This document shows positions 8,276-16,007 of a stretch of 64,000 nt of DNA, piece after piece. The DNA is taken from positions 6,059-70,058 of the forward strand of contig JACRIV010000113.1 of assembly GCA_016220005.1 (NCBI GenBank). Reading direction: 5' to 3'. Within the stretch, counting starts at the first letter, position 1. The number at the start of each line of letters is the position of its first letter. Origin of the DNA: Deltaproteobacteria bacterium (GTDB lineage: Bacteria; Desulfobacterota; Deferrimicrobia; Deferrimicrobiales; Deferrimicrobiaceae). The notes beneath the pieces were generated by a model. That model was not told the DNA's origin. It worked only from the letters and a program-made list of their open reading frames with translations, and did no database searches. The position numbers were made by a program, and so were the translations under genes.

Positions 8276-8740
8276 TCATGAACGCCGATCTCGGGGGAAT
8301 CCGGCGGGCCGGTTGTGCGAGTCCCCGCTGCGTACAGGCGGTTTGCCCGATCCGGGCTTGCGGAGGCTCTCCTTCATTCCCGCTTTCATGTTCACTCTTT
8401 TGCCGTCGATCCGGATGATGTACCGGTCGACATCCTTTCCCAGGAATCGCTTCGGAAGCCAGCACACGGGAATGGAGCAGGACCTGACGTATTTGCTCCG
8501 GGCCACGACGCCGCCGTTTTTTCCGGCCGTGACCCGGAATTCCCCGCCCTCCGCGAGCCGGTATTCGACCCCGTAAGTGTACACTCCGGGAACGTACACT
8601 CTCATGGCGTAAAGCGACAGGGACCGTGTGAAATACGTGTCGCATTTGACAAAGAGAACCCCGCCTTCGATGAGGATCATCCGCGAGGCGACGGCAGGCA
8701 CCAGCCACTCCTTGATGCCGTCGGTCAAAAGTTTGAGCAT
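8276..8740 (-). CDS. hypothetical protein
   Basis: 154 aa from ATG 8740 (MLKLLTDGIKEWLVPAVASRMILIEGG..). Balanced composition for about 120 aa, then a low-complexity tail. No family recognised. The competing frame 8208..8756 looks non-coding. Confidence 0.45.
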   Translation of the reverse strand: MLKLLTDGIKEWLVPAVASRMILIEGGVLFVKCDTYFTRSLSLYAMRVYVPGVYTYGVEYRLAEGGEFRVTAGKNGGVVARSKYVRSCSIPVCWLPKRFLGKDVDRYIIRIDGKRVNMKAGMKESLRKPGSGKPPVRSGDSHNRPAGFPRDRRS

Positions 8741-8976
8741 GGTAAATGATTTGCAATTTGCGTTCCTGTGGCGGCGTGAACCCAATCTAACGGAATATCG
8801 GCAGGTTATAAAATGGATCTTTGCGACAGGACAAACCCTTTCCCCAAAAGGATAATAAATTGCCTATCGGTAAGGCGGATCCGTCGCCTATTTCCATCGG
8901 AATGGGGATGAAATTCGAATTGGAACATGCGAATATACCGGGGAAGTCAACCCTGCAATAAGAAGAAAGGACGATA

Positions 8977-10050
8977 ATGGAGATCTCGGTACGCCTCGCG
9001 GCGTCAACCCAGAGGAAAACAAAGCCTGCCGACGAATCGACCCTGGGATTCGGAAGGATCTTCTCCGACCACATGTTCCTCATGGAATACGCGGAGGGGA
9101 AGGGATGGCGCGATGCGCGGATCGCGCCGTACGGGCAGCTCAGCCTCGACCCGGCCGCCATGGTGCTGCATTACGGACAGGAGATCTTCGAAGGGCTCAA
9201 GGCCTACCGAGGGGCGGGCGATTCGATCTGCCTCTTCCGGCCGCGGATGAACTTCGAGCGGTTCAACCGGTCGGCCGCCCGTCTGTGCATGCCCACGATC
9301 CCTGAGGACGACCAGGTCGAGGCGGTCTCCGCGCTCCTGCGCGTCGACAAGGACTGGATCCCGAGGTCCCGGGGGACCTCCCTGTACATCCGCCCGGTGA
9401 TGATCGCCACCGAGCCGGGCTTGGGCGTGCGGTCCGCCGGCCGCTACCTTTTCTTCATCATCACGGGGCCCGTCGGGAACTACTATCCGCGCGGCTTCGA
9501 GCCGGTTCGCATCCTGGTGGAGGAGGAGTACGTCCGCGCGGCGGTGGGAGGCCTCGGGGAGGCCAAGACGGGAGCCAACTACGCCGCGAGCCTCCTGGCG
9601 GCGAAGAAAGCGAAGGAGAAGGGGTTCGACCAGGTCCTGTGGCTCGACGCCGCCCGGCGGGAGGTCATCGAAGAAGTCGGCACGATGAACATCTTCTTCG
9701 TCATCGGGGACGAGCTCGTCACCCCGCCGCTCGCAGGCTCGATCCTGCCGGGCGTCACCCGCGATTCCGTCCTGCGCGTCGCCCGCGACTGGAGATGGAA
9801 GGTCTCCGAACGGCCCATCGGCATGGAGGAAGTACGCCGCTCGGCCGCGAACGGCACGCTCCGCGAAGTCTTCGGCGCGGGAACGGCCGCGGTCATCTCT
9901 CCCGTGGGAGCCTTGAACTACCAGGGCGAGGAGTTCACTGTCGGCGGGGGAAAGGTGGGTGAGATGGCCCGGCGGCTCTTCGACGAGATCACCGGCATCC
10001 AGTACGGGGAGATTCCGGACCGTCACGGGTGGATCCACAAGGTGACGTAA
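8977..10050 (+). CDS. ilvE: branched-chain amino acid aminotransferase
   Basis: 357 aa. Class IV aminotransferase features (FSDHMF.., HYGQEIFEGLKAYR, GEAKTGANYAASL). Confidence 0.9.
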   Translation: MEISVRLAASTQRKTKPADESTLGFGRIFSDHMFLMEYAEGKGWRDARIAPYGQLSLDPAAMVLHYGQEIFEGLKAYRGAGDSICLFRPRMNFERFNRSAARLCMPTIPEDDQVEAVSALLRVDKDWIPRSRGTSLYIRPVMIATEPGLGVRSAGRYLFFIITGPVGNYYPRGFEPVRILVEEEYVRAAVGGLGEAKTGANYAASLLAAKKAKEKGFDQVLWLDAARREVIEEVGTMNIFFVIGDELVTPPLAGSILPGVTRDSVLRVARDWRWKVSERPIGMEEVRRSAANGTLREVFGAGTAAVISPVGALNYQGEEFTVGGGKVGEMARRLFDEITGIQYGEIPDRHGWIHKVT

Positions 10051-10256
10051 GGCAAGACCGCCCTTCCCGCGACCGGTGGAATCCCCTCATCCGGTGCGTC
10101 AATTTCCGCAACCGCCGGTCCCGCAGACCGGCACGCCCATCGTCAACTTCATTTTTTTCAGTGCATTATACGCCTGCCTGACACTGGCACCGACCTTGCT
10201 GTAGATAAACGACAGTGGATGCGCGGCGTGAAATCGCAGCGTTTCCCTGCCCCCAG

Positions 10257-10307
10257 CCGGAGGGTTACAGTCCTCACCCCCAAAATAACCCTCCGGCGCC
10301 CCCTTTT
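10257..10307 (+). terminator. Hairpin CCGGAGGGTTA-18 nt-TAACCCTCCGG followed by CGCCCCCTTTT
   Basis: Perfect 11-bp stem with a T-run 7 nt after the stem. Lies 200 nt downstream of ilvE. Confidence 0.35.
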
Positions 10308-10333
10308 CCGCAGCCCGCTCTTCCCTCGCCCAT

Positions 10334-10363
10334 TTGCCCGCTCCATGCCCCGTGGCATACAAT
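10334..10363 (+). promoter_or_regulatory. Putative sigma-70 promoter (TTGCCC-18 nt-TACAAT) for the SDR gene
   Basis: Hexamers lie 34 nt upstream of ATG 10397. Confidence 0.3.
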
Positions 10364-10396
10364 GGTCCTCCAAACGCCGCCGCAAGGAGAGAACCG

Positions 10397-11188
10397 ATGG
10401 ACCTGGGTTTGCGCGACAAGGCCGCCTTGGTGTGCGCGGGAAGCAGGGGTCTCGGACGGGCATGCGCGGAGGCGCTCTCCTTGGAAGGGGCGCGCGTCGC
10501 CATCTGCGCCAGGGAGGAGGAGGCGCTCTCCCTTGCTGCCGAGGAGATCTCGGCGAAAACGGGCTACCCGGTCCTCCCCATCCGGGCCGACCTGACGAGC
10601 CCCGGGGAGATCGACGCGCTTTTCGCGGAGGTCGCCGGGGCCTTCGGAACGCTCCATGTCCTGGTGAACAACGCCGGGGGGCCGCCTCCCACCGATTTCC
10701 TCGGCACCGCCGACGAGGACTGGCTCCGGGCGTTCCATCTCAATTTCCTCTCCGGCGTGCGGTGCATAAGGAGATGCCTCCCCTGGATGATCCGCCAGAA
10801 GTTCGGCCGCGTCATCTCGCTCACCTCGTTCGCGGTCAAACAGCCTATCGACAACCTGATCCAGTCCAACGCGGTCCGTAGCGCCGTCGTCGGGATGGCG
10901 AAGACCCTCTCCCGGGAGGTCGCGGAGCACAACGTCACGGTCAACAACATCTGCCCGGGATATATCCTGACCGACCGCCTCCGGGCGGTCATCGAGCGGC
11001 GCGCCAGGGAGAACCGGATCCCCGTGGAAGAGGCGATGGAAGCGGGGATCGCCGAGATCCCGGCGGGAAGATTCGGCAGACCGGAGGAGGTGGGATCGCT
11101 CGTCGCCTTCCTCGCGTCGGAGGCGGCCTCCTACGTCACCGGCACCACGATCCAGGTGGACGGCGGGCTAATCCGGGGGCTGCTCTAG
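10397..11188 (+). CDS. SDR-family oxidoreductase (FabG-like)
   Basis: 263 aa from ATG 10397 (AGGAGA RBS). Nucleotide-binding CAGSRGLGRA and NNAG motif. The classical YxxxK is not obvious (SNAVRS in the aligned position). The 3' end overlaps the convergent DUF167 gene by 21 nt. Confidence 0.8.
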   Translation: MDLGLRDKAALVCAGSRGLGRACAEALSLEGARVAICAREEEALSLAAEEISAKTGYPVLPIRADLTSPGEIDALFAEVAGAFGTLHVLVNNAGGPPPTDFLGTADEDWLRAFHLNFLSGVRCIRRCLPWMIRQKFGRVISLTSFAVKQPIDNLIQSNAVRSAVVGMAKTLSREVAEHNVTVNNICPGYILTDRLRAVIERRARENRIPVEEAMEAGIAEIPAGRFGRPEEVGSLVAFLASEAASYVTGTTIQVDGGLIRGLL

Positions 11189-11491
11189 TCGCAGCCCCAA
11201 GCGCCGGAAGACCTCCCCCCGTGAAATGCCTCGTATGCGGACGACCTTGTTGCGGCCCTTCTCTCCGGTCACAAGCTCCACCTGGCGGCGCGGAACGCCG
11301 AGCGCCTCGGAGAGAAACCGGACGAGCGCCTCGTTGGCCCGGTTCTCGACGGGCGGGGCCGTGAGGCGGATGCGGAGAACACCCGCGGAGAACCCCGCTA
11401 CACCCTCCTTCGCGGAGCGCGGCGACACGTGGACCGTCACCGTGGCCAACGCCTCCGTCGGCGGACCACTTCCCTTGCGCCGCGGTTTCAC
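11168..11491 (-). CDS. DUF167 (YggU) family protein
   Basis: About 107 aa. GTG at 11491 overlaps the yggT TGA (GTGA). Motifs LRIRLTAPPVENRANEALVRFLSEALGV and VTGEKGRNKVVRI. Confidence 0.7.
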   Translation of the reverse strand: MKPRRKGSGPPTEALATVTVHVSPRSAKEGVAGFSAGVLRIRLTAPPVENRANEALVRFLSEALGVPRRQVELVTGEKGRNKVVRIRGISRGEVFRRLGLRLEQPPD

Positions 11492-11790
11492 GCCGCCATG
11501 CGAATCGCAAGGTCGAAGAGCGTCTTGACCAGGAAGTGCCGCAGGAACAGGATGATGAGGATCGCCACCATGGGCGAGAAATCGATGCTCCCCGCCATCA
11601 GCGGAAACTTCCGCCGCATGAACGACAGGACCGGCTCCGTGATCGCATAGAGAGCGCGGACGATCGGGTTGTACGGATCCGGGTTGACCCAGGAAAGCAC
11701 GGCGCGAATGATGAGTATCCACATGTAGGACGAGAGCAGGATGTCGATGATCCAGGCCACCGCTTCGATCAGGTTCTTCGCGACGAACAT
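11488..11790 (-). CDS. yggT: YggT family membrane protein
   Basis: 100 aa, two TM halves, RAVLSWVNPDPYNPI motif. Confidence 0.85.
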   Translation of the reverse strand: MFVAKNLIEAVAWIIDILLSSYMWILIIRAVLSWVNPDPYNPIVRALYAITEPVLSFMRRKFPLMAGSIDFSPMVAILIILFLRHFLVKTLFDLAIRMAA

Positions 11791-11808
11791 CGTGGTCTCC
11801 TTGAGGCG

Positions 11809-12609
11809 TTAGAGTTCCCGGCACCGTTGCCACGCAGCGAACACCGCGTCCATGACCGTCCCCCGGAAGGCACCGCGTTCCAGTGCGGCAAGCCCCGCCG
11901 CCGTCGTGCCGCCCGGCGAGGTGACCATGTCCTTCAGTTGCCCCGGGTGCTTCCCCGATTCACGCACCATCCTTCCCGACCCCTCCACGGTGGATGCGGC
12001 CAGGAGCAGCGCCTCCTCCCGCCCCATCCCGCACCGGACCGCGCCGTCCGCCAGCGCCTCGATGAAGAGGAAGACGTAGGCCGGGCCGGAACCGGACAGC
12101 GCCGTGACGGCGTCCAGCAGCTCCTCGCGGGCGAACTCGGCCACCGAACCAAAGGAAGAGAAAATCTTTCGCGCCCACACCTTCTGCGGCTCGGTCACCC
12201 CCGCGGCGAAATGGAGGCCGGTGCTCCCCATCCCCACCTGCGCGGGCGTGTTCGGCATGGCGCGCACCACGGCGGCGTCGTCCCCGAGAGACGACAGGAA
12301 AACGCCTGTCTTGACCCCCGCGGCGATCGAGATCAGGAGCTTGCCCCTGCTCTCCTCCCGGGCGATCGCGCGGAGCGCCTCGGGGACCGCCTGCGGCTTC
12401 ACCGCGAAGACGATCGTCCCGCACTCCCGGACCAGGCCGGCCAGGGAGGACGACACGGAGATGCCGAACTGCTTCCGCATGTCCTCTTCCCGTTCGGGCC
12501 GAATGTCGTGCACGAAGATCTCCGGGGGCGGCAATAGCTTCGCCGAGAGGATCCCCTTGATCATCGCCTCCGCCATGTTCCCGGCCCCGACGAACCCCAG
12601 TCCCTTCAT
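11809..12609 (-). CDS. proC: pyrroline-5-carboxylate reductase
   Basis: 266 aa from ATG 12609 (MKGLGFVGAGNMAEAMIKG). The C-terminal SPGGTTAAGL motif is present. ATGA overlap with yggS. Confidence 0.9.
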   Translation of the reverse strand: MKGLGFVGAGNMAEAMIKGILSAKLLPPPEIFVHDIRPEREEDMRKQFGISVSSSLAGLVRECGTIVFAVKPQAVPEALRAIAREESRGKLLISIAAGVKTGVFLSSLGDDAAVVRAMPNTPAQVGMGSTGLHFAAGVTEPQKVWARKIFSSFGSVAEFAREELLDAVTALSGSGPAYVFLFIEALADGAVRCGMGREEALLLAASTVEGSGRMVRESGKHPGQLKDMVTSPGGTTAAGLAALERGAFRGTVMDAVFAAWQRCREL

Positions 12610-13307
12610 CCTCCCCTCCTCGCGCGGCTCCCGAAGATGGCCGTTCCCACGCGAACCATCGTCGCGCCCTCCTCGATCGCCACTTCGAAATCGTTCGACA
12701 TTCCCATCGACAGCTCCGTCATTTCCCCCCCCGCTCCCCGCGAGGCCGTGCGGGAGAGCAGCTCCCGCAGGCGGGCGAAATAAGGCCGGCTGTCCTCGGG
12801 ATCCACGGTCGCCGGCGGAATCGCCATCAGCCCTCGCACCGTGACCCCCGGTAGGCCGGCGGCGGTTTCCAGCAGCGCGGGCAGCTCTCCGGGGTCGATC
12901 CCCGCCTTGCTCTCCTCCCCGGCGAGGTTGACCTCGACGAGCACGGGCAGCGTCTTCTCCGCCTCGACGCAGCGCCGCGAGACGTCGGCAAGCAGCTCCC
13001 CGGAGTCGACCGTCTGGATCCATCCGAAGAGGGAGACCGCCTTCTTCACCTTGTTCGCCTGGAGCTTCCCGATCAGGTGCCACTCCGCGTCGGGAAACGC
13101 CCGGACCTTCTCCTCCGCCTCCTGGACGTAGTTCTCGCCAAAGGCGCGGAGGCCCGCCTCGTACGCCTCCGCGACCCGCTTGACCGGATGCGTCTTGGTA
13201 ACCGCGACCAGCCGGACCGATTCGGGCTTGCGACCCGCACGGGCCGCCGCCCTGGCGACCCGCTCCAGGACCCGCGCCGCGCGGTCCCTGATCAGCTCCT
13301 CCGTCAC
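12606..13307 (-). CDS. yggS: YggS-family pyridoxal-phosphate-binding protein
   Basis: 233 aa from GTG 13307 (GTGA overlap with maf). VAVTKTHP (PLP Lys), FGENYVQE and MGMSNDFE motifs. Confidence 0.85.
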   Translation of the reverse strand: MTEELIRDRAARVLERVARAAARAGRKPESVRLVAVTKTHPVKRVAEAYEAGLRAFGENYVQEAEEKVRAFPDAEWHLIGKLQANKVKKAVSLFGWIQTVDSGELLADVSRRCVEAEKTLPVLVEVNLAGEESKAGIDPGELPALLETAAGLPGVTVRGLMAIPPATVDPEDSRPYFARLRELLSRTASRGAGGEMTELSMGMSNDFEVAIEEGATMVRVGTAIFGSRARRGG

Positions 13308-13933
13308 CGCTTCCCTCCGGCGAGCCGGTACCAGCCCGGCCCGCGCCGGGACACGGCGAGCAGTCCCGCACTCTGCAGCATCGCAAGGGTCTGCGTCATC
13401 GGGAGGCCGACCACGTTCGTGAAGGAGCCCGCGATCCGGTCGATGAGCAGGTTCCCCGCTCCCTGCGCCGCATAGGCCCCCGCCTTGTCGTCGCTCTCCC
13501 CCGTCCTCAGGTACCCCGCGATCTCCTCCCTCGTCAACGTACGGAAGCGGACCCGGCTCGTCTCGCACAGCTCGTCCGTGTACCCGCTCTCCTGCCGCAG
13601 CAGGCAGACCGCCGTGTGCACGAAGTGCCAGCGCCCCTGGAGCAGGGAGAGCATCCCCATCGCCTCGTCCCGGTCCCCGGGCTTGCCGAGGATCCTTCCT
13701 CCCGCGACGACGATCGTGTCCGCCGAAAGGACATGAGCCGCCGGGTACCGGGAGGCCACCTCCTCCCCCTTCTCGCGTGCGGCCCGGCGGACGAACCTTC
13801 GGGGAGCCTCCCCCGGACGCGGCGTCTCCTCGATCCGGGAAGGGACCACCCGGAACGGAACCCCGATCACGCCCAGCAGCTCGCGGCGGCGGGGGGATGC
13901 CGATGCCAGTATCAGGCGCGGTGCGGCCCTCAC
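13304..13933 (-). CDS. maf: Maf-like nucleoside triphosphate pyrophosphatase
   Basis: 209 aa with GTG start. LILASASPRRRELL and DKAGAYAAQG motifs. Confidence 0.9.
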   Translation of the reverse strand: MRAAPRLILASASPRRRELLGVIGVPFRVVPSRIEETPRPGEAPRRFVRRAAREKGEEVASRYPAAHVLSADTIVVAGGRILGKPGDRDEAMGMLSLLQGRWHFVHTAVCLLRQESGYTDELCETSRVRFRTLTREEIAGYLRTGESDDKAGAYAAQGAGNLLIDRIAGSFTNVVGLPMTQTLAMLQSAGLLAVSRRGPGWYRLAGGKR

Positions 13934-14029
13934 GGGACACCATTATAGCGGGAACTTTGCGATCGCGAACACCATTCCTTGACCCCCGTGAAGCTCCTGT
14001 GCTACAAGAAGATGCCAGGAGAGAGCCCG

Positions 14030-14431
14030 ATGAACCTTAAAACGGTTACCGTTCGCACCGAAAACGCCCAGCAGCTCGTCGACATCACGAGCACCGTGCG
14101 CCACGTGATTCGCGAGAGCGGGGTCACGCGGGGGTCCTGCCAGATCTTCGTCCCCCACACCACGGCGGGGATCACCATCAACGAGAACGCCGATCCGGAC
14201 GTCCGGAAGGACATCCTCAACATCCTCGAGACGATGGCCCCCTCCACGGGGAACTACCTGCACGTCGAGGGAAACGCCCACGCCCACGCCAAGACGAGCA
14301 TCGTCGGGTCCCAGCTCTCGGTGTTCGTGGAGGCGGGGCAGCTCGTGCTGGGGACCTGGCAGGCGATCTTCCTGTGCGAGTTCGACGGCCCCCGGACGCG
14401 CAACGTCCTCCTGCGGGTCACTCCGGCCTGA
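14030..14431 (+). CDS. yjbQ: YjbQ/UPF0047 family protein (secondary thiamine-phosphate synthase-type)
   Basis: 133 aa from ATG 14030 (GGAGAGA RBS). HTTAGITINENADPDV and GNAHAH motifs. Confidence 0.85.
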   Translation: MNLKTVTVRTENAQQLVDITSTVRHVIRESGVTRGSCQIFVPHTTAGITINENADPDVRKDILNILETMAPSTGNYLHVEGNAHAHAKTSIVGSQLSVFVEAGQLVLGTWQAIFLCEFDGPRTRNVLLRVTPA

Positions 14432-14446
14432 CGCCTTCGCCGTGCC

Positions 14447-15850
14447 GTGCCGACCGGTAAAGGTTCCGGCAACCCGATAAGCCTCGCAAAAACCTTCCTG
14501 GACGCCTGGCGCCTCCGCCACGGCCCCCCGGCGGACATCGACGCCCGCCGGCGGGAGCGGCTTGCCCGCCTGATCGAGTTCGCGAGGGCACACTCCCCCT
14601 TCTACTTCAAGCGGTACGCCGATCTTCCCGCGGAGATCGACGACCTCCGCATGCTGCCGCCGTCGGCCAAGCATGAGCTCATGGAGCGTTTCGACGAGTG
14701 GGTGACCGACCCTCAAGTAACCCGCGAAGGAGTGGATGCCTTCGTCGACGACCCCGCGCGTATCGGCGACCTCTACCTGGGGCGCTACATGGTCTTCGCC
14801 ACTTCGGGCACTACCGGCCGGCCCGGCATCTTCCTGCAGGACGGGGACGCCATGACGATCTACGCAGCGCTCCTTTCGGCGCGGCGGCTGCCGTCGCTGA
14901 TCCCGGCCGGGGCATTGGGGCCCTTCCTGCGGCAGAGGGGGCGGACGGCGGCGGTCATTACGGTCGGGGGGCATTTCACCAGCTCGGTCATCGAGCGGCT
15001 GGCCCGGCGGCGGTACCCGATCCTGTCGGGCCGCAACCGGGTCTTCTCGATCCTTGCGCCGCTGCCCGATCTGGTGCGGTCGCTCAACGCGTTCCGACCG
15101 GCGGTCCTGGGCAGCTACCCCACGGCGCTGGCGGTCCTGGCCCGGGAGCAGGAGGAGGGCAGGTTGAAAATCCGCCCCGCCCTGGCGCTCACCGGCGCGG
15201 AGTGGCTCTCCCCGGGGGTCAGGGAGCGGATCGCGGCCGCCTTCCGCTGCCCGGTCCGGGACACCTACGCGGCCTCCGAGTTCATGGGTATCGCCTTCGA
15301 CTGCCGGCACGGCCGGCTCCACGTCAACGCCGACTGGGTGGTCCTGGAGCCGGTGGACGAGGCGTACCGGCCGGTCCCGCCGGGCCGGGCCTCCTACACG
15401 ACGCTGCTCACCAACCTGGTCAACCGGGTGCAGCCGATCCTGCGCTACGACCTGGGCGACAGCGTCACGACTCTCCCCTGCCCCTGCCCCTGCGGAAGCG
15501 CGCTTCCGGCGATCCAGGTGGAGGGGCGGCGGGACGAAGTGCTCTATTTCGTGGGGCCGCGCGGGGACACGGTCCCGATCCTCCCGATGGCGGTCGCCAC
15601 CGTGGTCGAGGAGACACCGGGTGTGCGCACCTGGCAGGCGATCCAGCGCGGGCCGGCGCTTCTTGCCTTGCGGCTCGAGGAGGCCGCAGGATATGAGCGC
15701 CGGCAGGTCGCGGAAGTCGTGGCGAGGAGGCTGCGGGATTTCCTTACATCGCAGGGCCTGCCCCAGGTCGCGGTGGAGACGACGGACGAGCCGCCCCGTC
15801 GTGACCCGGTCGGCGGGAAGCTCCGGCAGGTGTTCGCCGATCTCAAGTAG
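14447..15850 (+). CDS. adenylate-forming enzyme, phenylacetate-CoA ligase / F390-synthetase (PaaK/CapK) family
   Basis: 467 aa with GTG start 15 nt after yjbQ. AMP-binding loop FATSGTTGRPG. C-terminal CPCPCGS Cys cluster. Confidence 0.75.
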   Translation: MPTGKGSGNPISLAKTFLDAWRLRHGPPADIDARRRERLARLIEFARAHSPFYFKRYADLPAEIDDLRMLPPSAKHELMERFDEWVTDPQVTREGVDAFVDDPARIGDLYLGRYMVFATSGTTGRPGIFLQDGDAMTIYAALLSARRLPSLIPAGALGPFLRQRGRTAAVITVGGHFTSSVIERLARRRYPILSGRNRVFSILAPLPDLVRSLNAFRPAVLGSYPTALAVLAREQEEGRLKIRPALALTGAEWLSPGVRERIAAAFRCPVRDTYAASEFMGIAFDCRHGRLHVNADWVVLEPVDEAYRPVPPGRASYTTLLTNLVNRVQPILRYDLGDSVTTLPCPCPCGSALPAIQVEGRRDEVLYFVGPRGDTVPILPMAVATVVEETPGVRTWQAIQRGPALLALRLEEAAGYERRQVAEVVARRLRDFLTSQGLPQVAVETTDEPPRRDPVGGKLRQVFADLK

Positions 15851-15945
15851 GGACGGTCCTGTACTGGGACTTGGCAGAACCACGAATGGACCGCAGTCAC
15901 ACAACCGGGGTTGATGGACCGAAAGAGGAGGACAGGACCGTCCCT
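15849..15945. repeat. Long-range 14-bp inverted repeat AGGGACGGTCCTGT ... ACAGGACCGTCCCT (69-nt loop) in a convergent intergenic region
   Basis: The left arm includes the TAG stop of the adenylate-forming gene. It is followed by a small TGTCCC-5 nt-GGGACA hairpin at 15955-15971. Confidence 0.5.
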
Positions 15946-16007
15946 GTTGTTAACTGTCCCGGAGAGGGACATGGGCAAGGAAGGACCGGGCGACGAGCGG
16001 ATTGGGA

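Noticed and set aside
8208-8756. 182-aa minus-strand ORF competing with the hypothetical gene
   Set aside because: The translation is highly Arg/His/Pro-rich. Only its last 23 codons (the micro-ORF) were kept, as a speculative finding.
13943-15904. 653-aa minus-strand ORF
   Set aside because: It is antisense to yjbQ and the adenylate-forming enzyme gene. The plus-strand products have clear family motifs (HTTAGITINEN, SGTTGRPG), while this ORF is Arg/Pro/Gly-rich.
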